A stretch of 63,995 nucleotides of DNA, counting the filler, from Octopus bimaculoides (lineage: Eukaryota): assembly GCF_001194135.2 (NCBI RefSeq). It is 6 parts of 6 records of this genome, joined end to end, with 100 filler letters (N's around TTAATTAATTAA, not from the genome) between each part and the next. Parts side by side here need not be neighbours in the genome. Positions count along the whole stretch, not along the records: positions 1 to 23,728 come from NC_068988.1; 5 more parts are not named here. One strand, 5' to 3'. The notes beneath the pieces were generated by a model. The model saw nothing but the letters and a program-made list of their open reading frames with translations, did no database searches and was not told the DNA's origin. Made by a program: the position numbers and the translations under genes. Within the stretch, counting starts at the first letter, position 1. Each line of letters begins with the position of its first letter. Positions 1 through 10,794 of the stretch are shown here, one piece after another.

Positions 1-40
<40 letters not shown>

Positions 41-600
41 AGTAATTATTAACCAATCTAGTTTAAATTGTTTATTTTGCGCTTTTAAACTATCTATGTG
101 TCTGGCTAGTGCTCTCGAATTTTTCGTGCTCGGGTTTGTAAAAGAATTCGTATGCCCCCTACATCTAGTTTTAAAATCTATTGTGCTCCCCATGTAGATT
201 TTCTTGGATTCTTTTGAGGTACTTACCCCGCACTTATAGACTACGTTTTTTCTCAAACAAGACCCCTTTAACAGGAAAAATTCAGGGGATCGGCAATTAA
301 AAGTTTATTTTTATGGAATTCAGATTCCTACTCTCCTGATTACGTTCCATAGATTCCCTAGTAATCTTTTTAAGTTCAAATCTATTATTAGTAGCAATAA
401 TGTAGCCTAAATTAGGTGATGTTGATTATTACAATTTTAAACTAGATTTGTTAAAGATGGGGTGATATTTATTATCCGAAAGAAAGCTTTTTTCAATGGT
501 CTTAAAGAATAATTCGGAGACATTCTTAACTAGAAGGGGAAAAGTTGGGGTGAACCAAATGATTATTTTCTCTCCGTGACAAGACCGAATAAATTTATGT
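41..600 (-). mobile_element. Penelope-like element (family 1), degenerate C-terminal ORF with GIY-YIG endonuclease
   Basis: The minus strand reads in one frame with one stop: IIIWFTPTFPLLVKN...KYHPIFNKSSLKL*...SPNLGYII...NCRSPEFFLLKGSCLRKNVVYKCGV...KKIYMGSTIDFKTRCRGHTNSF...LARHIDSLK...LDWLII. This matches the PLE linker, the Cys-rich segment and the GIY-YIG pattern (VVY...YMG, R, H). The 3' end is cut by a (GT)n run. Confidence 0.8.
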
Positions 601-939
601 AAACGTTTGTAAGAAATATATTTCACACACACATGCACGCTTATATGCTTATTCATATATTTCTTATCTCCAAAGCTTCTTGATTCGCGAAGAACCTCTT
701 ATCAATTGATAGCTCTATTTCTACCGTTTGTGTCTTTATCTGTTGTGTTTTATAGTTTACTTGTCTCAATCATCAGACTGCAGCCGTGCTGGGGTACACC
801 TTGATGAATTTTAGTCGAACGGTAGAGTAGATGCGTGCGGGGTAGAAGTGGAGGGGGCACAGGGAAGATAAGAGGTATGTGGTGTGTGAAGAGGAGGGGT
901 TTATGTGAAACTTGTAAATATGTTATAGGTTATCTATAT

Positions 940-1215
940 CTCTTATCTTTTAATCATTTACTTGTTTCAATTATTAAATAGAAGTCATGCTGGGGCACCG
1001 CCTGGAAGAACTTTTTGTCGAATGAATCAATCCCAGTGCTTAATTTTTCTTAAGCCATGTACTTATTGTATGAGTCTGTTTACTGAACTGCTAATTATGG
1101 GGACGTAAACACACCAACACCTGTTGTCAAACAGTGGTGGTGGACAAACACAGACACAACAAACACAAAGACACACACATAAATACATACGATGGGCTTT
1201 TTCAGTTTCCGTTAC
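940..1215 (-). mobile_element. tRNA-derived SINE family A, 3' portion
   Basis: Colinear with the full-length copy at 25555-25990 (ttacttgtttca...catgctggggcaccgcc...ggggacgtaaacacaccaac...ttcagtttccgt). Confidence 0.8.
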
Positions 1216-1224
1216 ACATATATG

Positions 1225-1410
1225 TCTATATCGCTTCCCTTCATGCTCTTGTTTCATGGGGCTTGGTCATCCGACGGGAGTGGTCCTAGAGGTGTCATCA
1301 TGCGTAAAGCCGACCAGATCTACCACCAGAACTCTCCTCACTAGTGGTCCCCGTTCCAACCCTTTTGCATGCTTCAAGGTGACATCGGTCCTCTGGAGAT
1401 CCTCTTACAC
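1225..1410 (-). mobile_element. possible LINE (RTE-like) 3' remnant
   Basis: GC-richer insert. The minus frame EDLQRTDVTLKHAKGLERGPLVRRVL resembles RTE ORF C-termini. The similarity is weak. Confidence 0.3.
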
Positions 1411-1468
1411 ATACACGCATACACGCACACACACAAATACTTTTTGTATTTGTGACTCCCCAAGACAC

Positions 1469-1504
<36 letters not shown>

Positions 1505-1510
<6 letters not shown>

Positions 1511-1821
1511 TTTTATGCTTTTATTTCTTTCAGTCATATGCCTGCGGCTATGCTAGAGTACCGCCTTTAGTTGTAGATATCGACCCCAGGACTTTGTAAG
1601 TCTAGTACTTATTCTATCGGGCTCTTTCACCGAACCGCTAAGTTACGGGGAAGTAAACACACCAACATCGATTGTCAAGCGATGGTGGGGGACAAACACA
1701 NNNNNNNNNNNNNNNNNNNNNNNNNNNNNNNNNNNNNNNNNNNNNNNNNNNNNNNNNNNNNNNNNNNNNNNNNNNNNNNNNNNNNNNNNNNNNNNNNNNN
1801 NNNNNNNNNNNNNNNNNNNNN

Positions 1822-1863
<42 letters not shown>

Positions 1864-1960
1864 TACGAGCTTGTTTCAGTTACCGTCTACCAAATCCACT
1901 GACAGGGCTTTGATTGGCCCGAGGCAATAGTAGAAGGCACTTGCTCAAGGTGCCACATTA
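1505..1960 (-). mobile_element. SINE family A, near full length, with an N-gap in its internal microsatellite
   Basis: The 3' tail (ttctttcagtcatatgcctgcggc), body (gaaccgctaagttacgggg) and 5' part (ctaccaaatccact...cacttgctcaaggtgcca) match family A. Confidence 0.85.
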
Positions 1961-2311
1961 ACTTACAAATTAAAAGCAGCTCTGGTAATATAAACATTAT
2001 CAGTGGCATATGCATAATGCCTATGTTTTGTTTAAACGCCCAATTGCTGCGGGATAGTGTCCGAAGAAAGCTGCCTATATGATGCTGAGTGTTAAAGAGC
2101 ACAGAATTCCTTGACCAGGCGAGGCAATTCGCCTCAAATGACCGACAATGGTAGATATCAATGTTTCGCTATTATTTTGGCTTAATGCCATGCACTCGGA
2201 CACGAAGAAACGAAGTGAATCATTGGTCTGGGGCTTACATGCAAATAGAGTGACGTCTATTTGCTGATGTGCTGCGGCGTAGCAGACGTGGAAGAAAATT
2301 AAATTACAAAA

Positions 2312-2480
2312 ATAGCCGCAGGTGTGGCAGAGTGGTAAGAAGCTTGCTTCCCAACCACATGCTTTCAGATTCAGTTTCACAGCGTGGCACCTTTGGCAAG
2401 TGTCTTCTACTATAGGCTGAGGTCTACCAAGTCCTTCTAAGCGAATTTGGTTGGCAGAAACTAAAAGAAGCCCATCGTTT
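2312..2480 (+). mobile_element. SINE family A, 5' half (tRNA-like head)
   Basis: gcaggtgtggcagagtggtaagaagcttgcttcccaaccacatg...gcgtggcacctttggcaagtgtcttctactata, followed by (TACA)n and a gap. Confidence 0.8.
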
Positions 2481-2511
2481 ATATACATACATACATACAT
2501 ACATACATACA

Positions 2512-2547
<36 letters not shown>

Positions 2548-3269
2548 CATATNNNNNNNNNNNNNNNNNNNNNNNNNNNNNNNNNNNNNNNNNNNNNNNN
2601 NNNNNNNNNNNNNNNNNNNNNNNNNNNNNNNNNNNNNNNNNNNNNNNNNNNNNNNNNNNNNNNNNNNNNNNNNNNNNNNNNNNNNNNNNNNNNNNNNNNN
2701 NNNNNNNNNNNNNNNNNNNNNNNNNNNNNNNNNNNNNNNNNNNNNNNNNNNNNNNNNNNNNNNNNNNNNNNNNNNNNNNNNNNNNNNNNNNNNNNNNNNN
2801 NNNNNNNNNNNNNNNNNNNNNNNNNNNNNNNNNNNNNNNNNNNNNNNNNNNNNNNNNNNNNNNNNNNNNNNNNNNNNNNNNNNNNNNNNNNNNNNNNNNN
2901 NNNNNNNNNNNNNNNNNNNNNNNNNNNNNNNNNNNNNNNNNNNNNNNNNNCACATATATTCACACAGAGTTGAAACGCTGATTTATTTTTTCAGCGTACA
3001 ATTTTCATCATCCCACTACCAAGTATAACATCACCCCTTCCTTCATTATTCATCTATCACCCCTTCCTTTCTCATTCATAAACACAAGAGTATTATTATA
3101 GTAGATTATCTCGGTAACCACGGGAGCTATGAAAATATAAAAGTCCCAGCAACACCACCTGATCATTCTACACATCTGTGTAATTTTTCGCGCAATTCCA
3201 CCCAGCCGTTTGATTGTGAATCCGAAGACAAGAAAGAATCACCCATATCAAATTTATATGTATAGATAT

Positions 3270-3495
3270 ATCGGTGTGTGTGTGTGTGTCTTTGTGTTTG
3301 TGTGTGTTCCTCCATGACTACTTGACAATCAGTGTTGGTGGGTTTACGTCCCTGTCACTTAGTGGTTCGGCAAAGGAGAATGGCAGAATAAGTACTAGGC
3401 TTTTAAAAAGAAGTCCTGTAGTCGATATGTTCAAGGCGGTGGCCCAAAGCGCCGCAGTAGGGTGACTGAAACACGTCAAAGATAAAAGATAAACG
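3270..3495 (+). mobile_element. SINE family A, 3' half
   Basis: ttgacaatcagtgttggtgggtttacgtccctgtcacttagtggttcggcaaa...agaataagtactagg...tgactgaaacacgtcaaagataaaagata. Confidence 0.8.
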
Positions 3496-3630
3496 AACTA
3501 AGAGTAGCTCTAGTAATGTAAATATTATCGGTCATACATACACAGTGTATGTGTTTTTGTTTATACGCCAAATTCACTGCGGAAAAGTGTCCTGGAAAAG
3601 CTCCCTACACGTCGATATGTATGTATATAA

Positions 3631-3780
3631 TAGCGCTCCGCAACCTTTTTTCACTTGCGGTACAATTTCCAAATTTGGCGGCACATTTGAACTAAAAGTA
3701 TAGGAGGGGGGAATTATATTCAGGTTACACTGCGGCACATCTAGCATCGTTTCGTGACGCACCAGTGTGCCGCGGTATAT
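3631..3780. mobile_element. hAT-like non-autonomous element remnant
   Basis: Starts with tagcgctccgcaacc (resembles a CAG...CAACC TIR) and carries repeated gcggcaca/gtgtgccgcgg subterminal motifs. The second TIR is not found. Confidence 0.4.
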
Positions 3781-3789
3781 ATGACAGGC

Positions 3790-3930
3790 TTGTTTTAATT
3801 TCTGCCTACCAGATTCGTTCACCAGGTCGTTCTGGGGCCACAGTAGAAGACATTTGTCCGAAGTACAACGCAGCGGGATTGAATCTGAGACCACATGGTT
3901 GGGAAGCAAACTACACAGCCACGCATGTAC
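3790..3930 (-). mobile_element. SINE family A, degenerate 5' half
   Basis: gtagaagacatttgtccgaagt...gggattgaatctgagaccacatggttgggaagcaaactacacagccac is the reverse complement of the family A head. Confidence 0.65.
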
Positions 3931-4264
3931 TTAATTTAGCTCTTTTATTGAAGTGCAACTAAAACAAAACAATACAGAAATAAGGAATCTACACTGCCTA
4001 GAAGTTGCATCGGTACATTAGTCTCTCTATTTTTAAACTAGCATAATTTATCGTATTTTTGTTAATATGTAGCCACGTTTCTATTATGGTGTCAAAATAT
4101 TGTAGTTATTGTTCTTGCTAATGAACTTAAATGCGTTTAATTCCGTCGAGAATTGGATTAGAGAGAAAACATAGAACTGGTAGTGAAAAAGTAGATGTTG
4201 ACCCCGAACTATATAGTGCAACCACGTGTGTGTGTGTGTCTATGTGTGTGACAATGTGTGTATG

Positions 4265-4600
4265 TGGTATGTGTAGATTGAGTGTGTTTTTGGCTACGTG
4301 GTACGAAGTTTGCTTTCCAACCATATGGTTAGGGGTTCACTCCCACTGCATGGCTCGTGCGCAAGTATTTTCTACTACAACCACGGACCGGCTAAAGCCT
4401 TGTGAGTGGATTTAGTGGAAGGAAACTGTAAGAAGCCACTGTGCATGAATATATATACATTTGACTGTCTGTGTGTGTCTTTGTATCTCACCAACACTTG
4501 ACAACAGGTGTTGGTGTATTTGCGTCCCTGTAACTTAAAAGACAGAAAGACACCAATAGAATAAGTAACAAGCTTAAAAATAGATAAGTTCTGATCACGA
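4265..4600 (+). mobile_element. SINE family A, degenerate
   Basis: The head (ggctacgtggtacgaagtttgctttccaaccatatgg), aagccttgtgagtggattt and the 3' agaataagta motifs occur in the expected order. Confidence 0.7.
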
Positions 4601-4609
4601 GTGTTTAAC

Positions 4610-4655
4610 TAAATATACAACACCACACACACACACGCGCACGCACATACACACA

Positions 4656-4702
<47 letters not shown>

Positions 4703-5378
4703 GCCATTCACGTTCAGACTGCATATACATACATCCATATATACACACACCATTTAAGTTCCGACAGCATATACATACATACCAAACCACCCACCCACCA
4801 CACACACACTGAATATACATATAACCAAACACTCCCCTTACATACACACACCATTGACATTCAGACAGTCTGTACGTAAACCCACAAAAACTCATACAAC
4901 CTTCTTCCCTACTCCACACACACACAACACCCACACTTCCAAATCCATCTTCACATTTAAAGGAGTAAGTATATACTCAAATACTTACACATTCCAACAC
5001 CTACCACTTTTGTCACCACCACTCCACCTAATACCTCTATCCAGTACGACACACTTAACACACTCATACACACACACGTAAGGCAGCCTCACACACATAC
5101 ACGTGTTCATACACACGTATACGCACATAAATACAAACAGTATACACACACACAGAAGTCAGGTATTCTCACACACATACGCGTGCTCATACTCACGTAT
5201 ACACACAGTAGCTTAACAGGCATACACACGCTCATACACACATACGCACAAGTATGGCAGCCTCACACATATACACGCACTCATACACGCGTATATACAC
5301 ACATACAGACAGAATACACACACACAAGTCAGATATCCTCACATACACGTGCACATAACCATGCATACACAACTTCAT

Positions 5379-5418
<40 letters not shown>
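4610..5418. repeat. CA-rich low-complexity tract with a diverged ~175-bp tandem unit
   Basis: (CA)n runs. The unit ggcagcctcacaca...aagtcag(g/a)tat(t/c)ctcaca occurs at ~5080 and ~5255. Confidence 0.6.
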
Positions 5419-5422
<4 letters not shown>

Positions 5423-5690
5423 TTAAAAGGGGTCATCCAAGAGTAAGGATTTCTTGTTTTCTTTACGAGCCTTTTTGTGAACTCCCAAGACATCTCACGA
5501 GACGTTTTGTGTTTTCATCCAATATGGAGACAAACACCATTCTTCCATGTGATCGGCTTGGAAAATTGTCACGGTATTAAGATATTTTTCTTAACCTGAA
5601 AAAAAAATGGTAGCCTTAATACACAAATAAAAAAAGTTCTATCCACCAATGTGATGTTGAGCACTCATTCTCATTGATCGACATTTACTT
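5423..5690. mobile_element. possible mariner-type element end
   Basis: Begins TA-aaaggggtcatccaagagtaagg, which resembles mariner TIRs of the (TA)CGAGGGGTC...AAAAGT type. No clear coding similarity. Confidence 0.3.
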
Positions 5691-5859
5691 ATNNNNNNNN
5701 NNNNNNNNNNNNNNNNNNNNNNNNNNNNNNNNNNNNNNNNNNNNNNNNNNNNNNNNNNNNNNNNNNNNNNNNNNNNNNNNNNNNNNNNNNNNNNNNNNNN
5801 NNNNNNNNNNNNNNNNNNNNNNNNNNNNNNNNNNNNNNNNNNNNCTACAGAAGGTTTGT

Positions 5860-6960
5860 GTTATATGGTTAAAGTATAAATTTAAATCGTTATGTTAGAA
5901 AGATGTTATAAAATTTTGAGTATAGTAACATTGTTTTGGGAGAAATAACCGGTTTCGTATTTTCTTTTCAAATTTCTCAAATTTCTTTACCTATACGTAT
6001 CATGTTTTCGCTATGGTGTAAAAGATGGAGTTCCAGATAGGGGAAGGTAATCAGTGATTTTTTTTCCGGTATAAGGGAGATAGTCAAAAATGTTGGGGAT
6101 GACTAGGTTTGATTAATTTAACATCATTTGGTTTAGAAGGTATAGAATGTTACAAGTGGTTAGGTTTTGCTTTATATTTTTTCAATGAGGTGAGTTTCCT
6201 TATTTAAAAATGTTAGAAGTGGTTCAGTTTTGGCTTATATTTTTCAATGAAGAAGGTTTCCTTATTTAATCTAGCTTGTGTTGGTGTTCCAATGGCACAT
6301 TGACAGAATGGAAAGATTACAAATTGTGGTAGCATTTGTTTTGCGCATTTCTCAATATGTTCACTAGAGGGTATCATTCTGTATACTGGGCATGCGATCT
6401 GCTGTTCCATGCAGAGTGCATCTGTGTCTGAGCGATAATCCCGTGGACCCTATGTAGTTTTGGTGACAGCCCGAGTATCTTATGACATAAATCAGGTTTT
6501 CTGGAGTCAGATTTGATTTTGAATTTTTGTCCCTCTTTGAAAGGGAATTCTGATCCTTCTAGAAGGTTTGGGCATGTTGCGCAATTTGGTCGACCACATT
6601 TTTTTACTTTTGCATTTGTTATTTTAGAAAATAATTTTGCCTTTGTAAGTATCTTTTTTAGTGATTTCGGTTGTTTGTAGCTTTTAATGATTTTATGTAT
6701 GTGTAAAATTTCCTTTAATTTGGGGTCCTTATGTAGCATTGGTAAATTTTGGGTAATGATGGTGAAGGCTTCTTTGTTTCTGGGGTTGTATGTGGATATG
6801 TACGGCAGTATTTTCGAGGAAGGTACATTGCTGTGTTGAACTTTTCTTAAGTTTTCTATATCGATTTGTGTTGCACGTCTGATACCATCCTCTATGAGTT
6901 GAACTGGGTAGTGTCTGTCAATTAGGGTACTTTTGAGTTCTTGCAGTCTAAAGTCTGCAG
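5860..6960 (-). mobile_element. Penelope-like element (family 2), 3' part: thumb, linker, GIY-YIG and 3' region; frameshifted
   Basis: Minus strand: RLQELKSTLIDRHYPVQLIEDGI...LPYISTYNPRN...YKQPKSLKKILTKAK...CGRPNCATC; after a frameshift, NLIYVIRYSGCHQNYIGSTGLSLRHRCTLH...EHIEKC...RLNKETFFIEKYKPKLN. These are canonical PLE C-terminal motifs. Confidence 0.9.
5940..5978 (-). ncRNA. minimal type I hammerhead-like motif, U3-A8 core variant, in the PLE 3' region
   Basis: The minus strand reads GAGAAAT-TTGAAAA-GAAAATAC-GAAA-CCGGT-T-ATTTCTC. It has a 7-bp perfect stem I, a minimal stem II, GAAA, a palindromic stem III (ACCGGT) and a GUU cleavage triplet. Confidence 0.5.
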
Positions 6961-7689
6961 ATATTCAAATGCCTCGTGTTTGTATATATGCTTGTATATA
7001 TATNNNNNNNNNNNNNNNNNNNNNNNNNNNNNNNNNNNNNNNNNNNNNNNNNNNNNNNNNNNNNNNNNNNNNNNNNNNNNNNNNNNNNNNNNNNNNNNNN
7101 NNNNNNNNNNNNNNNNNNNNNNNNNNNNNNNNNNNNNNNNNNNNNNNNNNNNNNNNNNNNNNNNNNNNNNNNNNNNNNNNNNNNNNNNNNNNNNNNNNNN
7201 NNNNNNNNNNNNNNNNNNNNNNNNNNNNNNNNNNNNNNNNNNNNNNNNNNNNNNNNNNNNNNNNNNNNNNNNNNNNNNNNNNNNNNNNNNNNNNNNNNNN
7301 NNNNNNNNNNNNNNNNNNNNNNNNNNNNNNNNNNNNNNNNNNNNNNNNNNNNNNNNNNNNNNNNNNNNNNNNNNNNNNNNNNNNNNNNNNNNNNNNNNNN
7401 NNNNNNNNNNNNNNNNNNNNNNNNNNNNNNNNNNNNNNNNNNNNNNNNNNNNNNNNNNNNNNNNNNNNNNNNNNNNNNNNNNNNNNNNNNNNNNNNNNNN
7501 NNNNNNNNNNNNNNNNNNNNNNNNNNNNNNNNNNNNNNNNNNNNNNNNNNNNNNNNNNNNNNNNNNNNNNNNNNNNNNNNNNNNNNNNNNNNNNNNNNNN
7601 NNNNNNNNNNNNNNNNNNNNNNNNNNNNNNNNNNNNNNNNNNNNNNNNNNNNNNNNNNNNNNNNNNNNNNNNNNNNNNNNNNNNNNNNC

Positions 7690-8845
7690 TGCAGTGACAT
7701 CATCATAAAACCGGCTGACAGGGGTGGAGCCGTGGTAGTATGGCGCGCGGACCTCTACAAGGCTGTAGCCCTCTGCCAACTTCAAGACACCTCCTTCTAC
7801 TGCCCTCTGCCCTCTGACCCCACGCCCAGCTATCAACAGGCTATATTTTCCAATATCCATGACCTCATCTCCTCCTCTCGTCTCCCCCACCACCTCCAAC
7901 CTCATTGTCCGCACCTCCCGCACCCACATCATTTACTTCCTACCCAAGATCCACAAACCTAACAACCCTGGCTGCCCCATCGTCTCCGCCTGTAACTCCT
8001 CCACCGAGCTTATCTTGATCGTGTCATTGCCCCACTAGTAACTTCTCTCCTTTCTCACATCCATGACACCAACCACGCGCTTCGTTTGTTCAACTCTTTC
8101 TCCTTCCCTTCTGGCCCCTCTAAACTTCTCTTCACTCTCGACATCCAGAGCCTTTACGCAGTGATCCCTCACCACGAGGGGATGCGTGCACTCAAACATT
8201 ACCTTGACCTCCGACCCAACCCCCAACCTGACACCTATACACTCGTTCGTCTGGCCGAACTTGTCTTCTCACTCAACTGCTTCTCGTTCGCGGGCGATTT
8301 CTACCAGCATTTTCGGGAGTGGCCATGGGAACGAGAATGGGCCCCAACTATGCGAACCTGTTCGTTGACTACGTTAAGGCCCAAATATTCTCAAGTTTCA
8401 CTGGTCCCACTCCCGAACTATATGGCCGTTATATTGATGACTGTATCAATGCAACCTCTCTCTCCTGCGAACATCTAGACTCCTTCCTCTCTTTTGTCAA
8501 ATGTTTCTATCCTGCCCTCCACTTCTCCTGCACTATCTCTGACACCTCTGTCTCCTTTCTTGACATTTCGGTCAGCATTCATCACTCCACTCTTACCATT
8601 TCCATCCACTACAAACTCATAGACTCACACTCATACCTCAACTTCTCCTCCTCCCACCCTAAACACACCAAGCTTTCTATTCCCAGTTCCTCCGTCTACG
8701 CAGGCTCCGTAGTGACGACCATGACTTTGAGACTCAGTCTCAACTCATGGCTTGCCACTTCATCCTACGTGGATATCCCCTCACCACTATCCACACCACC
8801 CTTGCCAGAGCACTTCCGTGGGCCGCGCATCTGCTCTCTACCCCN
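7690..8845 (+). mobile_element. Penelope-like element (family 3) reverse transcriptase, frameshifted
   Basis: IIIKPADRGGAVVVW...FLPKIHKPNNPGCPIVS...TLDIQSLYAVIPH...AMGTRMGPNYANLF...YGRYIDD...VSFLDISV...YLNFSSSHP...SQFLRLRR. Frameshifts near 7890, 8325 and 8686. Both ends run into gaps. Confidence 0.93.
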
Positions 8846-10039
8846 NNNNNNNNNNNNNNNNNNNNNNNNNNNNNNNNNNNNNNNNNNNNNNNNNNNNNNN
8901 NNNNNNNNNNNNNNNNNNNNNNNNNNNNNNNNNNNNNNNNNNNNNNNNNNNNNNNNNNNNNNNNNNNNNNNNNNNNNNNNNNNNNNNNNNNNNNNNNNNN
9001 NNNNNNNNNNNNNNNNNNNNNNNNNNNNNNNNNNNNNNNNNNNNNNNNNNNNNNNNNNNNNNNNNNNNNNNNNNNNNNNNNNNNNNNNNNNNNNNNNNNN
9101 NNNNNNNNNNNNNNNNNNNNNNNNNNNNNNNNNNNNNNNNNNNNNNNNNNNNNNNNNNNNNNNNNNNNNNNNNNNNNNNNNNNNNNNNNNNNNNNNNNNN
9201 NNNNNNNNNNNNNNNNNNNNNNNNNNNNNNNNNNNNNNNNNNNNNNNNNNNNNNNNNNNNNNNNNNNNNNNNNNNNNNNNNNNNNNNNNNNNNNNNNNNN
9301 NNNNNNNNNNNNNNNNNNNNNNNNNNNNNNNNNNNNNNNNNNNNNNNNNNNNNNNNNNNNNNNNNNNNNNNNNNNNNNNNNNNNNNNNNNNNNNNNNNNN
9401 NNNNNNNNNNNNNNNNNNNNNNNNNNNNNNNNNNNNNNNNNNNNNNNNNNNNNNNNNNNNNNNNNNNNNNNNNNNNNNNNNNNNNNNNNNNNNNNNNNNN
9501 NNNNNNNNNNNNNNNNNNNNNNNNNNNNNNNNNNNNNNNNNNNNNNNNNNNNNNNNNNNNNNNNNNNNNNNNNNNNNNNNNNNNNNNNNNNNNNNNNNNN
9601 NNNNNNNNNNNNNNNNNNNNNNNNNNNNNNNNNNNNNNNNNNNNNNNNNNNNNNNNNNNNNNNNNNNNNNNNNNNNNNNNNNNNNNNNNNNNNNNNNNNN
9701 NNNNNNNNNNNNNNNNNNNNNNNNNNNNNNNNNNNNNNNNNNNNNNNNNNNNNNNNNNNNNNNNNNNNNNNNNNNNNNNNNNNNNNNNNNNNNNNNNNNN
9801 NNNNNNNNNNNNNNNNNNAACACTATCACACCACACCACACTACACCATACCACACGATACATCACATCACAATAAACCACCACGCTCACACCAGCACTG
9901 ATCAATTCCCATCCCCGCATTTTCACACCTACACATACACACACGCACGCGTCAAGATCACCAACCCTCTTTCACATGCACATACGTTCTCACCTACGCA
10001 CACGCACCTTTGTTTTGGGGATCACTACTACTTTGTTAT

Positions 10040-10295
10040 CTCCCCTTCTTCTTAGCTCTCCTGTATGATCCCTTTATCCTGCATTCGCCATGATAGATCG
10101 TTAACCACTACACACATTTTTTTCTCTGCTTGTTTCTCTTCTTGTTTCTTTCTGTGTTCCTTTCTGTGGAAGAGCATAGGCTCGAAACGTTAAAGACTTT
10201 TTCAATTCCCGAGCGTTATACTAATACATCTGTTTGTTTTCTACATCACCTGTCTTCGTCTTTTGTTTGTTTTTTTGTGAATTCTCCCTACATAT
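10040..10295 (+). mobile_element. PLE terminal (pLTR-like) region, probably the 3' end of the family 3 element
   Basis: Pyrimidine-rich tract plus gaagagcataggctcgaaacgttaaagac...atactaatacatc...caccacctgtc. It is repeated at 32800-32965 and partly at 34273-34345, and lies on the same strand downstream of the RT across a gap. Confidence 0.6.
10160..10196 (+). ncRNA. minimal hammerhead-like motif with non-canonical core CUGUGGA (A6U)
   Basis: CTTT-CTGTGGA-A-GAGC(ATAG)GCTC-GAAA-CGT-T-AAAG: stem I 4 bp, stem II 4 bp, palindromic ACGT stem III. Confidence 0.45.
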
Positions 10296-10794
10296 NNNNN
10301 NNNNNNNNNNNNNNNNNNNNNNNNNNNNNNNNNNNNNNNNNNNNNNNNNNNNNNNNNNNNNNNNNNNNNNNNNNNNNNNNNNNNNNNNNNNNNNNNNNNN
10401 NNNNNNNNNNNNNNNNNNNNNNNNNNNNNNNNNNNNNNNNNNNNNNNNNNNNNNNNNNNNNNNNNNNNNNNNNNNNNNNNNNNNNNNNNNNNNNNNNNNN
10501 NNNNNNNNNNNNNNNNNNNNNNNNNNNNNNNNNNNNNNNNNNNNNNNNNNNNNNNNNNNNNNNNNNNNNNNNNNNNNNNNNNNNNNNNNNNNNNNNNNNN
10601 NNNNNNNNNNNNNNNNNNNNNNNNNNNNNNNNNNNNNNNNNNNNNNNNNNNNNNNNNNNNNNNNNNNNNNNNNNNNNNNNNNNNNNNNNNNNNNNNNNNN
10701 NNNNNNNNNNNNNNNNNNNNNNNNNNNNNNNNNNNNNNNNNNNNNNNNNNNNNNNNNNNNNNNNNNNNNNNNNNNNNNNNNNNNNNNNNNNNNN

